Shown piece by piece: positions 17,736-27,163 of a stretch of DNA of 35,281 nt. Source of the stretch: Bdellovibrionota bacterium FG-2 (GTDB lineage Bacteria; Bdellovibrionota; UBA1018); assembly GCA_051382305.1 (NCBI GenBank), contig JBBCAV010000042.1:1-35281 (forward strand), in the 5' to 3' direction. How positions within the stretch are numbered: position 1 is the first letter of the stretch; each line of letters starts with the position of its first letter. The position numbers and the translations under genes are program-made. The notes under the pieces were generated by a model that was given only the letters and a program-made list of their open reading frames with translations, ran no database searches and had not been told where the DNA came from.

Positions 17736-18152
17736 TTATCCGGTGCGAGCATCTCTTGAGGCGGTTCCGCGGGCGATCGATTCGCCTGCATCAAGAAATG
17801 CGCGCTCGATGGTCTTTAGTACGTCGGCGGAACTGAAGGGCTTCGTGAGATAATCGCGCGCGCCAACGTTAATCGCATCCATGATGAGATTTTCTTGTCC
17901 CATCGCAGAAATAATCACGACGCGTGCTTTCTTATCCATTTTTACAATGCGTCGGGTGGCATCAATTCCGCTCATATTGGGCATCACAATATCCATGGTG
18001 ACAATATCGGGTCGAAGTTTCATGTAGAGCTTAATCGCTTCAGCTCCATCTGCGGCTTCCCCGACGACCTGATAGTGCGCGGCCGTGAGAATTTCTGAAA
18101 GCGTTTTTCGAACAAACGCGACGTCATCGACAATGAGTACGGTCTTGGCCAT
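17736..18152 (-). CDS. cheY: Single-domain response regulator, CheY-like
   Basis: LIVDD, TMDIVMP.M.G, ISAMGQ and KPF motifs. Confidence 0.85.
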   Translation of the reverse strand: MAKTVLIVDDVAFVRKTLSEILTAAHYQVVGEAADGAEAIKLYMKLRPDIVTMDIVMPNMSGIDATRRIVKMDKKARVVIISAMGQENLIMDAINVGARDYLTKPFSSADVLKTIERAFLDAGESIARGTASRDARTG

Positions 18153-18203
18153 CCTTTGCCTTCCCCTCTTCGTTCTTATTGTAAACGCTTTATAAAAAAA
18201 GGG

Positions 18204-19469
18204 TTAGCTTTCAATTTTTTCGACGAGCACGCTCTCCACATGGCGTTCGGAGGCCTTCTGAATTGTGAATTTATATGCACCAGAAGGGGTGGTAAAAAAG
18301 AGTTCGTCGCGAGATTCGGGAATTCGGCCAAATTGCTGTAGCAAGAAGCCACTGAGGGTTTCGTATTCGCCCTGCGGGAGGTCTAGCTTGAGGATTTCGT
18401 TGATTTTCTGAACCTCCATGCGAGCTTGAATCATCCAGCTGGTGTCGGAAAGTTCTTTATACAACGCCAATTCATTGTCGTACTCGTCCTGAATTTCACC
18501 GACAATCTCCTCAATGACATCTTCAAACGTCAAAATTCCGACGGCGCCCCCGTGTTCGTCAACGACGACGACCATTTCAATGTCTTCAAGACGCATGTCG
18601 TTGAGTAACTCATCTAAGGCTTGAGTCTCTGCGACATAGTGCGGGGAATTCATGTAGTTTCGAATGGGCTGTTCCAGATCACTCGTGGTAAACAAATCCG
18701 ATGCATCAATCACTCCGATGACATTGTCGATTCGCTCCGAGTAAACCGGCATGCGGGAGTGTCGGTGGCGCTCAAAACATTCGAGCGCTTCTCGAATCGT
18801 CGAACCTTCTTCGATCGCTTCGACCCGAACCAGTGGAATCAGCGCGTGCTTGGCCTCGCTATCTCTAAAATCCAAAATGCGTCGGATCATTCGTTTGGCG
18901 CTGGTTTTGATTTCTGTTTCGCGTTTGGTGTAGGACAAAAGCGACCGCAGCTCTTCGCGTGTGGTTCGAGGTTTTCCGGCCAGAAGCTCCTCCATCGGAC
19001 CAATCAGTTTGGAGAGTCGACTCATATAGGAGGCGAGCACTCGCGTGATGGGAAAAAAGGCCTGGTAAACTCCTTGCACTGGAAGCGCGACATAGGGAGC
19101 CAGTTTGAGGGAATAGCGCTGAAAAACTGTTTTTGGAATGAGCTCCCCAAAAATGACGACCAAAGGGGAAACCACCAAGACCGTGTAGAGATCCGCATGT
19201 TTCGGGTGGGCAGCAAGAAAAAAGAAAGTGATGAGTGTGGAGTTTGTGATGACGCAAAGACTTGTCATGAGAAGCGTCGCCGAGAGGACTCGCTCGGGCT
19301 TTCCAGAAAGTTCAAAAGCCAAGCGATATCCGCGCGCGCCGGTTTTCGACAGCTTCTTGAGAGCAAGTTTGTCTGCCGACAAGAGGGCAATCTCGGATCC
19401 CGAAAATAGTCCCTCAATTGTCAAAAGAATGGGGACGATAAATAGGAGAGTCCAAAAGGAAAGGTTCAT
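18204..19469 (-). CDS. HlyC/CorC (CNNM-CBS-CorC) family transporter
   Basis: FSGSEIAL, FGELIPKT, HSRMPVY, VVDEHGG..GILTFEDVIEEIVGEIQDEYD, YETLSGF. Confidence 0.93.
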   Translation of the reverse strand: MNLSFWTLLFIVPILLTIEGLFSGSEIALLSADKLALKKLSKTGARGYRLAFELSGKPERVLSATLLMTSLCVITNSTLITFFFLAAHPKHADLYTVLVVSPLVVIFGELIPKTVFQRYSLKLAPYVALPVQGVYQAFFPITRVLASYMSRLSKLIGPMEELLAGKPRTTREELRSLLSYTKRETEIKTSAKRMIRRILDFRDSEAKHALIPLVRVEAIEEGSTIREALECFERHRHSRMPVYSERIDNVIGVIDASDLFTTSDLEQPIRNYMNSPHYVAETQALDELLNDMRLEDIEMVVVVDEHGGAVGILTFEDVIEEIVGEIQDEYDNELALYKELSDTSWMIQARMEVQKINEILKLDLPQGEYETLSGFLLQQFGRIPESRDELFFTTPSGAYKFTIQKASERHVESVLVEKIES

Positions 19470-20560
19470 TCTTTGGGCCTCGCGGGCGGCTCTTGCTCAA
19501 ATTCCTCCGGTTCTGGAAGGACTTCTTCGAAGAGCGCGTCGAGCACGTCGCTCATCGTGACAATCCCGAGTGTTTGGTTAGTAATTTGTACGACTGCGAG
19601 GTGCGTCTTGTTCTTTTTCATCTTTCGAAAAAGCGTGTTCATGTGCAGGGTGGGACCAATGATAAAGGGTTTGTGCATTAAGGAGGTGATAGGCGCCCCA
19701 AGCAGCTCTGGCTTGAGCCGAGCCCTTAGGAGGTCTTTGAAGTAAAGAACCCCGACAACCTGTTTGCTTGACCCCTCCGTTACTGGAAGGCGTGAGTATT
19801 TGAGATTTTTCATCCGATTGAGCGCGTCTTTCACAGTCGTTGCAGAGGAAAGACACTGAACGAGAGAAATGGGCGTCATGATGTCTTCGATTGTTCGATT
19901 ATCAAATTCAAAAATATTACGAATGAGCTCAAGTTCGTTTTGCTGAATGACGCCCTCTTTGAGGCCCTCTTCTGCGATCAATAAAAAATCGCTCTCTCGA
20001 AGAAGGTGTTCAGTCTCGGGCTCCAAATTGGCCCGAAGTTTTTCAGCCGGCGGCCCTTTTTGTCGCAACTTGCGGGCAAGAATAGCGACGAGACGAATGA
20101 GGCCTCGCCGTGGGATGAAACTGATGTCGTACAGCGTGGAGAGAGGGCTTGCGGTGAGTGTGGCAATGAGCTGGTTCGCTCTGGCTGCGATGACCTTGGG
20201 CGTGAGCTCACAAGCAAAAAGCACGATCGGCGTTGTAATAATAATGCCCAAGAGCGTATGCAATGCCCACGGAGGTAAAAACGGGAGAAGTTCGGATTTC
20301 TCGTGCGTACCTCTTGAAACGGCTGAAGCAATGATCGAGGATAGCGAGATATTGACCATCTCGTTGAGAACCAGCAGCGTCACTAAGAGCCCACCCGGGT
20401 CACCAATCAGTCGCTTGATCTTCCGAAAAGCGTTGCGCGAGTGATCCTTAAGCGATCTGAGCTGAAATCGCGATAAACTAAAGATCGCGACTTCAGAGGC
20501 AGACAAAAAAGCGGAGCTTGCAATCAAGGCTAGACACAGGAGAAGTTCTAGCGGTGTCAC
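19466..20560 (-). CDS. CNNM (DUF21)-CBS domain protein lacking the CorC C-terminal domain
   Basis: SASEVAIFSL, ELTPKVIA, YSRLPV, GIVTMSDVLD; ATGA overlap with the next gene. Confidence 0.9.
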   Translation of the reverse strand: MTPLELLLCLALIASSAFLSASEVAIFSLSRFQLRSLKDHSRNAFRKIKRLIGDPGGLLVTLLVLNEMVNISLSSIIASAVSRGTHEKSELLPFLPPWALHTLLGIIITTPIVLFACELTPKVIAARANQLIATLTASPLSTLYDISFIPRRGLIRLVAILARKLRQKGPPAEKLRANLEPETEHLLRESDFLLIAEEGLKEGVIQQNELELIRNIFEFDNRTIEDIMTPISLVQCLSSATTVKDALNRMKNLKYSRLPVTEGSSKQVVGVLYFKDLLRARLKPELLGAPITSLMHKPFIIGPTLHMNTLFRKMKKNKTHLAVVQITNQTLGIVTMSDVLDALFEEVLPEPEEFEQEPPARPKE

Positions 20561-20566
20561 GGAGCT

Positions 20567-23014
20567 CTAGGCCGCCTTATCGACATGGGGAGCATGGGCC
20601 CTCTTTTTCGCTGTCTTAGGGGCCTTTGCCTTTGTCGCCAATTGGCTCACCTTATGCGTTAGGACTGTTGCCAAGACTTCGTCAATCGTCTTGACGGGCA
20701 CGAAGGTGAGTTTTGCGCGATATTCTTCCGGAATATCCTCGAGGTCCTTTTTGTTTTTGTCAGGAATAATAATGGTCTTTATCCCGTGGCGCATGGCTGC
20801 AAGCGCCTTTTCCTTGAGTCCTCCGATTGGTAACACGCGTCCGGTCAGCGTGATCTCGCCGGTCATCGCCACATCTTTGCGCATGGTGATGCCCGTAAGT
20901 TTCGAGATCATCGCGGCGGCCATTGTGATTCCCGCTGAAGGTCCATCTTTTGGAATTCCCCCTGAAGGGAAGTGGACATGGATATCGTTTGAAGCAAACC
21001 AGTCTTCGTCAATTCCGAAGTCTTTGGCTCTCGAACGAATGAGTCCCAAGGCGGCTTGTCCGGATTCCTTCATGACGTCTCCGAGTTGCCCCGTGAGAAT
21101 CAGAGAACCTTTTCCTCTCATGGTCGAGACTTCAACGTAGAGGATCTCTCCTCCGACAGCCGTCCAGGCAAGACCTGTTGCGACCCCGACTTGGTCGGTC
21201 TCTTGTTCGTCTTCACGAATAAAGGGTGCAGGGCCTAGGAACTTATTGGTCAGCTCCGAAGTGATCTGAGTCTGTTCCTTTTTGCCTTCAGCCACAAAGC
21301 GGGCAGTTTTCCGGCAGATATTTGCGATGTTTCGCTCCAAGTTACGGAGTCCGGCTTCGCGAGTATACTGCGAGATGACTGCCTTGATGCTTTCATCGTT
21401 AAATTCGATGAGAGCTGGGGTGAGGCCGTTTTCAGTGGTTTGTTTAGGGATGAGATACTTGCGGGAAATAAAGTACTTCTCCTCTTCCGTGTATCCAGAC
21501 AGCTGAATTATCTCCATCCGGTCTCTGAGCGCCGAGGGAATGGTTTCCAGCATATTGCAAGTCGTGATGAACATGACGTTTGTAAGATCAAACGCGACGT
21601 TCAAGTAGTGATCGCGGAAGGCGTAGTTTTGTTCGGGGTCCAAAACTTCAAGGAGCGCCGAAGAGGGATCTCCCCTGAAGTCGTTACCGAGCTTGTCGAT
21701 TTCATCAAGGACAAACACAGGGTTGTTCGTTCCCGCTTGTTTGAGCCCTTGAATGATACGACCAGGAAGTGCTCCAACATAGGTCCGACGATGGCCACGA
21801 ATTTCAGCTTCGTCTTTGACGCCGCCCAATGAAATTCGGACAAACTCACGTCCCAAGGCCCGCGCAATGGAGCGGCCTAATGAAGTTTTTCCGACACCGG
21901 GAGGTCCAGAGAAGCAAAGAATCGGACCCTTCATTTTGTCTTTAAGTTTTCGTACGGCAAGATATTCGAGGATGCGTTCCTTGATCTTGGTGAGGTTGTA
22001 GTGGTCTTCATCCAAAATCGCCTTTGCGCGCGTGAGATCAAGATTGTCTACGCTCGCCTTGCTCCAAGGGGTGTCAATGACCCAGTCAATATAGGTGCGA
22101 AGCATTGACGCTTCAGAGCTATCGGGATGCATGCGCTCCAAGCGACCCAGTTGCTTTAGCGTTTCCTGCTCCGTCTCAGCGGGCATCTTGCATGCGGCCA
22201 CTTTTTCGCGAAGTTCAGTGAGCTCTTCAGCTTTGGAGTCATTGTCGCCTAACTCAGTCTTGATGGCGCGGATCTGCTCACGAAGGAAGTATTCTTTCTG
22301 AGATTTGGTCATCTCATCCTTCGCTTGGGAGCGAATCTTGGCTTGCAAAGTGAGAACTTCGATTTCCTTGGCTAGGATATCGTGAATTTTCTGAAGACGT
22401 GCCACGGGGTCATGAGTTTCTAAGATGAGTTGGGCATCCGAAACTTTAAGTCCTAAATTCGAAGCGACGAGATCGGCAAGGCGGCCGGCATCCGTGATGT
22501 CATCGAGAACCATGATGATGTCTGGGGAGAGTACTTTGCCGAGCGCAATTACTTTTTCAAGCTGTTCGCGCACCGTTCGCATCAGGGCTTCGGGGGCGGA
22601 GCCTGCATTCAGCGCTTCGTCTTCGATCTTCTCGATCTTGGCTTCAAAGAAGGGTTGGTTCTGCGAAAACTCTAAAATGTTCGCTTTGCACAGTCCTTGT
22701 ACGAGGACTTTGATGCGCCCATCGGGAAGTTTGCGCATGCGCATGATCATCGCCACCGTTCCGGTGCGATAGATACCCTCAGGAGTCGGATGTTCATCGC
22801 TAATGTCTTTTTGAGAGGCTAAGAGGATGAGTCGGTCGGCGCGGGCCAGACTTTCTTCGATACTCTTGATTGAAGAGTCGCGTCCCACAAAGAGGGGAAG
22901 GATCATATAGGGGAAGACCACGATGTCGCGTACGGGCAACATGGGAAGTGTTCCTGGGATTTCTACCTGCTCGCCGTCGTAGTTTGTTACCATTCCAGAG
23001 GCCTCCTCAGCCAT
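20567..23014 (-). CDS. lon: ATP-dependent Lon protease
   Basis: GPPGVGKTS, RGHRRTYVGA, LDEIDK, PKDGPSAG (catalytic Ser), IGGLKEK (catalytic Lys). Confidence 0.98.
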   Translation of the reverse strand: MAEEASGMVTNYDGEQVEIPGTLPMLPVRDIVVFPYMILPLFVGRDSSIKSIEESLARADRLILLASQKDISDEHPTPEGIYRTGTVAMIMRMRKLPDGRIKVLVQGLCKANILEFSQNQPFFEAKIEKIEDEALNAGSAPEALMRTVREQLEKVIALGKVLSPDIIMVLDDITDAGRLADLVASNLGLKVSDAQLILETHDPVARLQKIHDILAKEIEVLTLQAKIRSQAKDEMTKSQKEYFLREQIRAIKTELGDNDSKAEELTELREKVAACKMPAETEQETLKQLGRLERMHPDSSEASMLRTYIDWVIDTPWSKASVDNLDLTRAKAILDEDHYNLTKIKERILEYLAVRKLKDKMKGPILCFSGPPGVGKTSLGRSIARALGREFVRISLGGVKDEAEIRGHRRTYVGALPGRIIQGLKQAGTNNPVFVLDEIDKLGNDFRGDPSSALLEVLDPEQNYAFRDHYLNVAFDLTNVMFITTCNMLETIPSALRDRMEIIQLSGYTEEEKYFISRKYLIPKQTTENGLTPALIEFNDESIKAVISQYTREAGLRNLERNIANICRKTARFVAEGKKEQTQITSELTNKFLGPAPFIREDEQETDQVGVATGLAWTAVGGEILYVEVSTMRGKGSLILTGQLGDVMKESGQAALGLIRSRAKDFGIDEDWFASNDIHVHFPSGGIPKDGPSAGITMAAAMISKLTGITMRKDVAMTGEITLTGRVLPIGGLKEKALAAMRHGIKTIIIPDKNKKDLEDIPEEYRAKLTFVPVKTIDEVLATVLTHKVSQLATKAKAPKTAKKRAHAPHVDKAA

Positions 23015-23081
23015 CAGAGTTGTTGTTCCTAATGAATGGTTCGGCGGGAGGGGGGTTTGTCTTTAGAGTTATTCGAAAAGA

Positions 23082-23109
23082 AAGTGGGTCCAAATCAAAA
23101 TAAATTCAA
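23082..23109 (-). promoter_or_regulatory. Possible sigma32-type promoter upstream of lon
   Basis: Minus strand TTGAAT-N14-ACCCACTT is an imperfect match to TTGAAA-N13/14-CCCCATNT. Confidence 0.3.
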
Positions 23110-23192
23110 ATCAATAACGACGCAAGAGGACAAGCGAATCAGTATTTTGGCGCGTCATGAGTTTGGAGGAGATTTCTGTCTAAGGAGTATGC

Positions 23193-23218
23193 AAAAGAGG
23201 GCACGAAGGTGCCCTCTT
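23193..23218 (-). terminator. Rho-independent terminator after dksA
   Basis: Minus strand AAGAGGGCAC-cttc-GTGCCCTCTT-TT; perfect 10-bp stem. Confidence 0.75.
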
Positions 23219-23268
23219 AGGGTCAATATTATGTCGGACTGAATTTAGAGAAAAAATTACTAACGCGA

Positions 23269-23631
23269 TTAGGCGTAGATCTTTTCTCGGTGCTCTTGCT
23301 TTTCTTTGCAGGCAATGCAAAGCGTTGACGTTGGCCTAGCTTCCATTCGGCGCGGCTCAATGTCCTCTTCGCAGTCTTCGCAAGTCCCAAACGTCCCATC
23401 GTCAATTCGAGCCAAAGACTCGTCGATCTTTGATAGGAGCTGGCGCTCACGATCGCGAAGTTTGAAAATCAGGTTTTGATTCACTTCGCTTGAAGCAAGA
23501 TCAGTTTCGTCAGCTAGGTCATCTGTGGAAATAATAATCTCATTTTGCAGTGCGTTTTTCGTATTATTGAGAATCCGTTGTTTCTCTTCGAGAAGAACCT
23601 TCCGGTATTTAGCCAGAGTTTTCGCTTCCAT
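23269..23631 (-). CDS. dksA: DksA/TraR family RNA polymerase-binding protein
   Basis: DETDLA (DxxDxA) coiled-coil tip and a CEDC...CIAC C4 zinc finger. Confidence 0.92.
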   Translation of the reverse strand: MEAKTLAKYRKVLLEEKQRILNNTKNALQNEIIISTDDLADETDLASSEVNQNLIFKLRDRERQLLSKIDESLARIDDGTFGTCEDCEEDIEPRRMEARPTSTLCIACKEKQEHREKIYA

Positions 23632-23801
23632 GGTCAACCCCCCTCACGCTCTCCAGTGGTTTTTTGACCTTCCCCTCATCCTGCTGAGAAGGCTCCACTG
23701 TTCTGCTTATTCTAACTGTTTTATTCGATTTCACAATAACTTTTATAAGGTTTTATAAGGAATTGGAACTTGAGGTGTCGGGCGAATTCCGGTAACCGGA
23801 A

Positions 23802-25280
23802 ATGATCATGATAAAAAAAGCATCTCGCCCCGTTCGCTCCGTCCATAAACCCGCACCCGTCGCCGTCATGATTTTGGCGGCAGGACAGGGAAAAAGGATG
23901 GTTTCTGAGCTACCAAAGGTTTTGCATGAGATCGCTGGACAGCCCCTCTTAATTCATGTTTTGAATGCTGTGGGAGCGATCGGTGATCGAGTCTCTGTGG
24001 GGATCGTCGTTGGACACGGAAAAGAAAAGGTTGAAGCGGCTGTTGAAAAAAGTGCAATCTCCGCGTCATTTTCTGGTGGGATCTCTTTTATCTCTCAAGA
24101 TGAACAAAAAGGAACCGGACACGCCGCACGCTGTGCGATGGATTCTCTATGGGGCAAGCGCGTCAAGGATCAAGGCGCAACGGTCTTGGTGTTGCCAGGA
24201 GATCTGCCGTTAATTCCTTCGGCTTTGATTGAGGCGCTGGCGGCGCCCTTTGAGGCTAGGACGGTGCTTCGACTTTTGACCTGCGATTTTGAAAATCCAC
24301 TTGGCTATGGTCGAGTTCTACGCCAAGGGAAGAACGTACTTCGAATTGTTGAAGAGCGGGATGCGACTCCCCTGGAAAAAAGAATTCGCGAAGTGGCGGC
24401 CTCTATCTACGCTTTTGATGCGAAGTTTTTGGCAGAGTCGTTGCCTAAGTTAACCACGAGCAATGCACAGGGTGAATATTATTTGACGGATCTCGTCGCA
24501 CGCGCTTCAAAGGTGCGCTCGGGCATTGAAATACTCAAATGGTCCTCTGCCGAGGACCTCCGAGGTGTGAACAATCGCTACGAGCTTGCCGAAGCGGGCG
24601 GTATCCTTAATAGGCGCCTGATCAAGAGATGGGCTGAGGCTGGGGTGACCTTTCGCGATCCTTCTTCAACTTGGTTGGATACAACGGTCACCTTTGAGGC
24701 GGACGTCAGTGTGGGGCCAGGGGTGGTACTGCTGGGCAAAACGACCGTTGGAAAAGGCTCGACGCTTGGGCCCCATGTTGTGTTAAAGGATGTTGAAGTG
24801 GGTGAAGGCGCAAACATCAAAACGGGAACGGTTGCTGAGGCGTCAAAGATTGGTCGCGGAGTTCAGCTCGGGCCTTATGCACATCTTCGCCCCGACTCGG
24901 TCGTGGGAGAGGGTTCGAAGATTGGAAATTTTGTTGAGCTTAAGAAGACAAAGATTGGCAGCCATACAAACGTCTCTCACCTTTCGTACCTTGGGGACGC
25001 AGAAGTCGGAAGCCACGTGAATATTGGCTGCGGCTTCATTACCTGTAACTTTGACGGCCGAGTCATTGAGGGGCTAAGAAAACATCGCACCTTGATAGAG
25101 GATGATGTTTTTATGGGGAGTGATTGCCAGACGGTTGCGCCCATTCGCATTGGCAAGGGTGCGTATGTGGCCTCGGGTTCGACGATTACGCAGAATGTGG
25201 AGCCAGAGGCCCTCGCCATCGCTCGCTCCCGGCAAGTGAACAAGTTGGGATATGCGCGCAGGATTAAGCAAAAGGAATAG
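23802..25280 (+). CDS. glmU: Bifunctional UDP-GlcNAc pyrophosphorylase / glucosamine-1-phosphate acetyltransferase
   Basis: LAAGQGKRM, GTGHA, GYGRV, EYYLTD, GNFVELK, HLSYLGDA, hexapeptide repeats; start uncertain. Confidence 0.97.
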   Translation: MIMIKKASRPVRSVHKPAPVAVMILAAGQGKRMVSELPKVLHEIAGQPLLIHVLNAVGAIGDRVSVGIVVGHGKEKVEAAVEKSAISASFSGGISFISQDEQKGTGHAARCAMDSLWGKRVKDQGATVLVLPGDLPLIPSALIEALAAPFEARTVLRLLTCDFENPLGYGRVLRQGKNVLRIVEERDATPLEKRIREVAASIYAFDAKFLAESLPKLTTSNAQGEYYLTDLVARASKVRSGIEILKWSSAEDLRGVNNRYELAEAGGILNRRLIKRWAEAGVTFRDPSSTWLDTTVTFEADVSVGPGVVLLGKTTVGKGSTLGPHVVLKDVEVGEGANIKTGTVAEASKIGRGVQLGPYAHLRPDSVVGEGSKIGNFVELKKTKIGSHTNVSHLSYLGDAEVGSHVNIGCGFITCNFDGRVIEGLRKHRTLIEDDVFMGSDCQTVAPIRIGKGAYVASGSTITQNVEPEALAIARSRQVNKLGYARRIKQKE

Positions 25281-25285
25281 AGTTT

Positions 25286-27163
25286 ATGTGTGGAATTGTC
25301 GGTTACGTCGGACATCGACCTGCTGTGGAAATTTTATTGCGAGGACTCAAGCGCCTCGAGTACCGAGGGTATGACTCGGCAGGCGTTGCGTTTTTCCTGA
25401 ACGGAAAAATTGAAGTTAAGAAGTCCGAAGGGAAGCTCGAGAACGTCGAAAAACTTCTCAATGCAAGCGAACCCCCTTTCAGTGGCGCGACCTGTGGCAT
25501 CGGGCACACGCGCTGGGCCACTCATGGAAAACCGACCACTCAAAATGCTCATCCTCATCGCACAGGTCATATTGTCCTGGTTCACAACGGAATCATCGAA
25601 AACTATCAGGATCTAAAAAAAGAAATCCTCACCTGGGGAAAGACGCCCGAATCGGAAACCGACAGCGAACTATTTGGTTTCTTAGTGGAGCGAGAAGTTC
25701 AAGGGGGCGCTTCATTTGTAGATGCGGTTCGCAAGAGTTTCACCCGCCTCGAAGGCGGTTGTAGCGTTGTGGTGATGTCGGAAAAAGATCCCGGCGTCAT
25801 CGTGGGCGTTAGAAACGGCTCCCCTCTGGTTGCGGCTTTTGATCCTCAGGGGGGGGCGGTGCTTGCGAGCGACGCTCAGCCGCTTCTGGATATTACCCAA
25901 GAAGTGTTTTTTCTCGAGCATGGGGATGTGGTCGTGGGAACGCGAAAGGGTCTTGAGTTTTTTGATCTACAAACGGGCGCGAAGGTTCAGCGAACGATGA
26001 CTAAAATCGATTGGTCGGTAGAGAAACTCGATAAGCAGGGGTTTGCTCATTATATGCTCAAAGAGATTCATGAGCAGCCGACGGCCCTGGTCGATACCCT
26101 TAACAGTATCTTAGATCGTGCGAAAACGGATCCGTTTCCTTTGGCCCTTCAGCCGGCAGTCGGGATTTTGGACAAGGCTGAGCAAATCATGCTCGTCGCT
26201 TGTGGTACTTCTTGGCATGCGGCACTTTTGGGAAAATTTTGGTTGGAGAATTGGGCCAGGATCCCGACGCATGTCGAGCTTGCCAGCGAGTTTCGTTACC
26301 GCAATCCCGTTGTTCCGCCAGGCACCGTAGTGATGGGACTCACTCAATCTGGCGAAACGGCAGATACACTTGCCGTTTTGAAACAAATGCGCAGCCAAGG
26401 GGTGCCGACTCTGGGTGTGACGAACGTGCGTAACAGCACGGTGTCGCGAGAAGCCGACGCGGTTCTTTATACGTCCGCAGGTCCGGAAATTGGTGTCGCT
26501 GCCACAAAAACTTTCACTACGCAGATGCTCGTGATGCTTCTGCTTTCGGGTTATCTTGCTTTGAAACGCCCGGGGCAAAAAGGTTCCCAAAGTTCCGCTG
26601 AGGTCACCGAGCTTTTTCATGACCTCGTAAAACTACCCATGTTGCTTTCTCAGAATCTTGAAGAGGGCGGCGCGTGGATGCAAGCCATTCGAAAAGCTGC
26701 GCAGAATCTCTATAAGGCTAAGGGTTTTTTCTTCATTGGTCGGGGGTATTCGTTTCCTTTGGCGCTTGAAGGTGCCCTGAAACTCAAAGAAATCGCTTAT
26801 GTGCATGCCGAAGGCTACGCTGCGGGCGAATTAAAGCACGGACCCATTGCGATGATTGATAACGAAATGGCGGTGATCGTGATTGCTCCCCGTGATCGTT
26901 GGCGCGATAAAACGATTTCGAATCTTGAAGAAGTTAAAGCCCGCGGCGCAATCATTGTGGGGGTGGGCGAAGAAGGCGATGAAAAGTTTCGCTCTTTGTG
27001 CAGCCATTGGATTCCGCTTCCGCATGCTTCCGATCTTCATGAATCTTTGCTGCCGTTCTTGGTGGCCCCGATTGTGCAGTTGCTCAGTTATGAGTTGGCG
27101 GTACTTAAGGGGACGGATGTAGATAAACCTCGCAACCTCGCTAAAAGCGTGACGGTAGAGTAA
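25286..27163 (+). CDS. glmS: Glutamine--fructose-6-phosphate aminotransferase
   Basis: MCGIVG, GHTRWATHG, QSGETADT, GELKHGP, PRNLAKSVTVE. Confidence 0.99.
   Translation: MCGIVGYVGHRPAVEILLRGLKRLEYRGYDSAGVAFFLNGKIEVKKSEGKLENVEKLLNASEPPFSGATCGIGHTRWATHGKPTTQNAHPHRTGHIVLVHNGIIENYQDLKKEILTWGKTPESETDSELFGFLVEREVQGGASFVDAVRKSFTRLEGGCSVVVMSEKDPGVIVGVRNGSPLVAAFDPQGGAVLASDAQPLLDITQEVFFLEHGDVVVGTRKGLEFFDLQTGAKVQRTMTKIDWSVEKLDKQGFAHYMLKEIHEQPTALVDTLNSILDRAKTDPFPLALQPAVGILDKAEQIMLVACGTSWHAALLGKFWLENWARIPTHVELASEFRYRNPVVPPGTVVMGLTQSGETADTLAVLKQMRSQGVPTLGVTNVRNSTVSREADAVLYTSAGPEIGVAATKTFTTQMLVMLLLSGYLALKRPGQKGSQSSAEVTELFHDLVKLPMLLSQNLEEGGAWMQAIRKAAQNLYKAKGFFFIGRGYSFPLALEGALKLKEIAYVHAEGYAAGELKHGPIAMIDNEMAVIVIAPRDRWRDKTISNLEEVKARGAIIVGVGEEGDEKFRSLCSHWIPLPHASDLHESLLPFLVAPIVQLLSYELAVLKGTDVDKPRNLAKSVTVE

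Noticed and set aside
18621-19409. 262-aa plus-strand ORF and other long antisense ORFs (e.g. 19947-20444, 26111-26620)
   Set aside because: They are shadows of well-supported genes on the opposite strand and carry no recognisable motifs.
25281-25285. glmS ribozyme
   Set aside because: Only 5 nt separate glmU and glmS, so there is no room.
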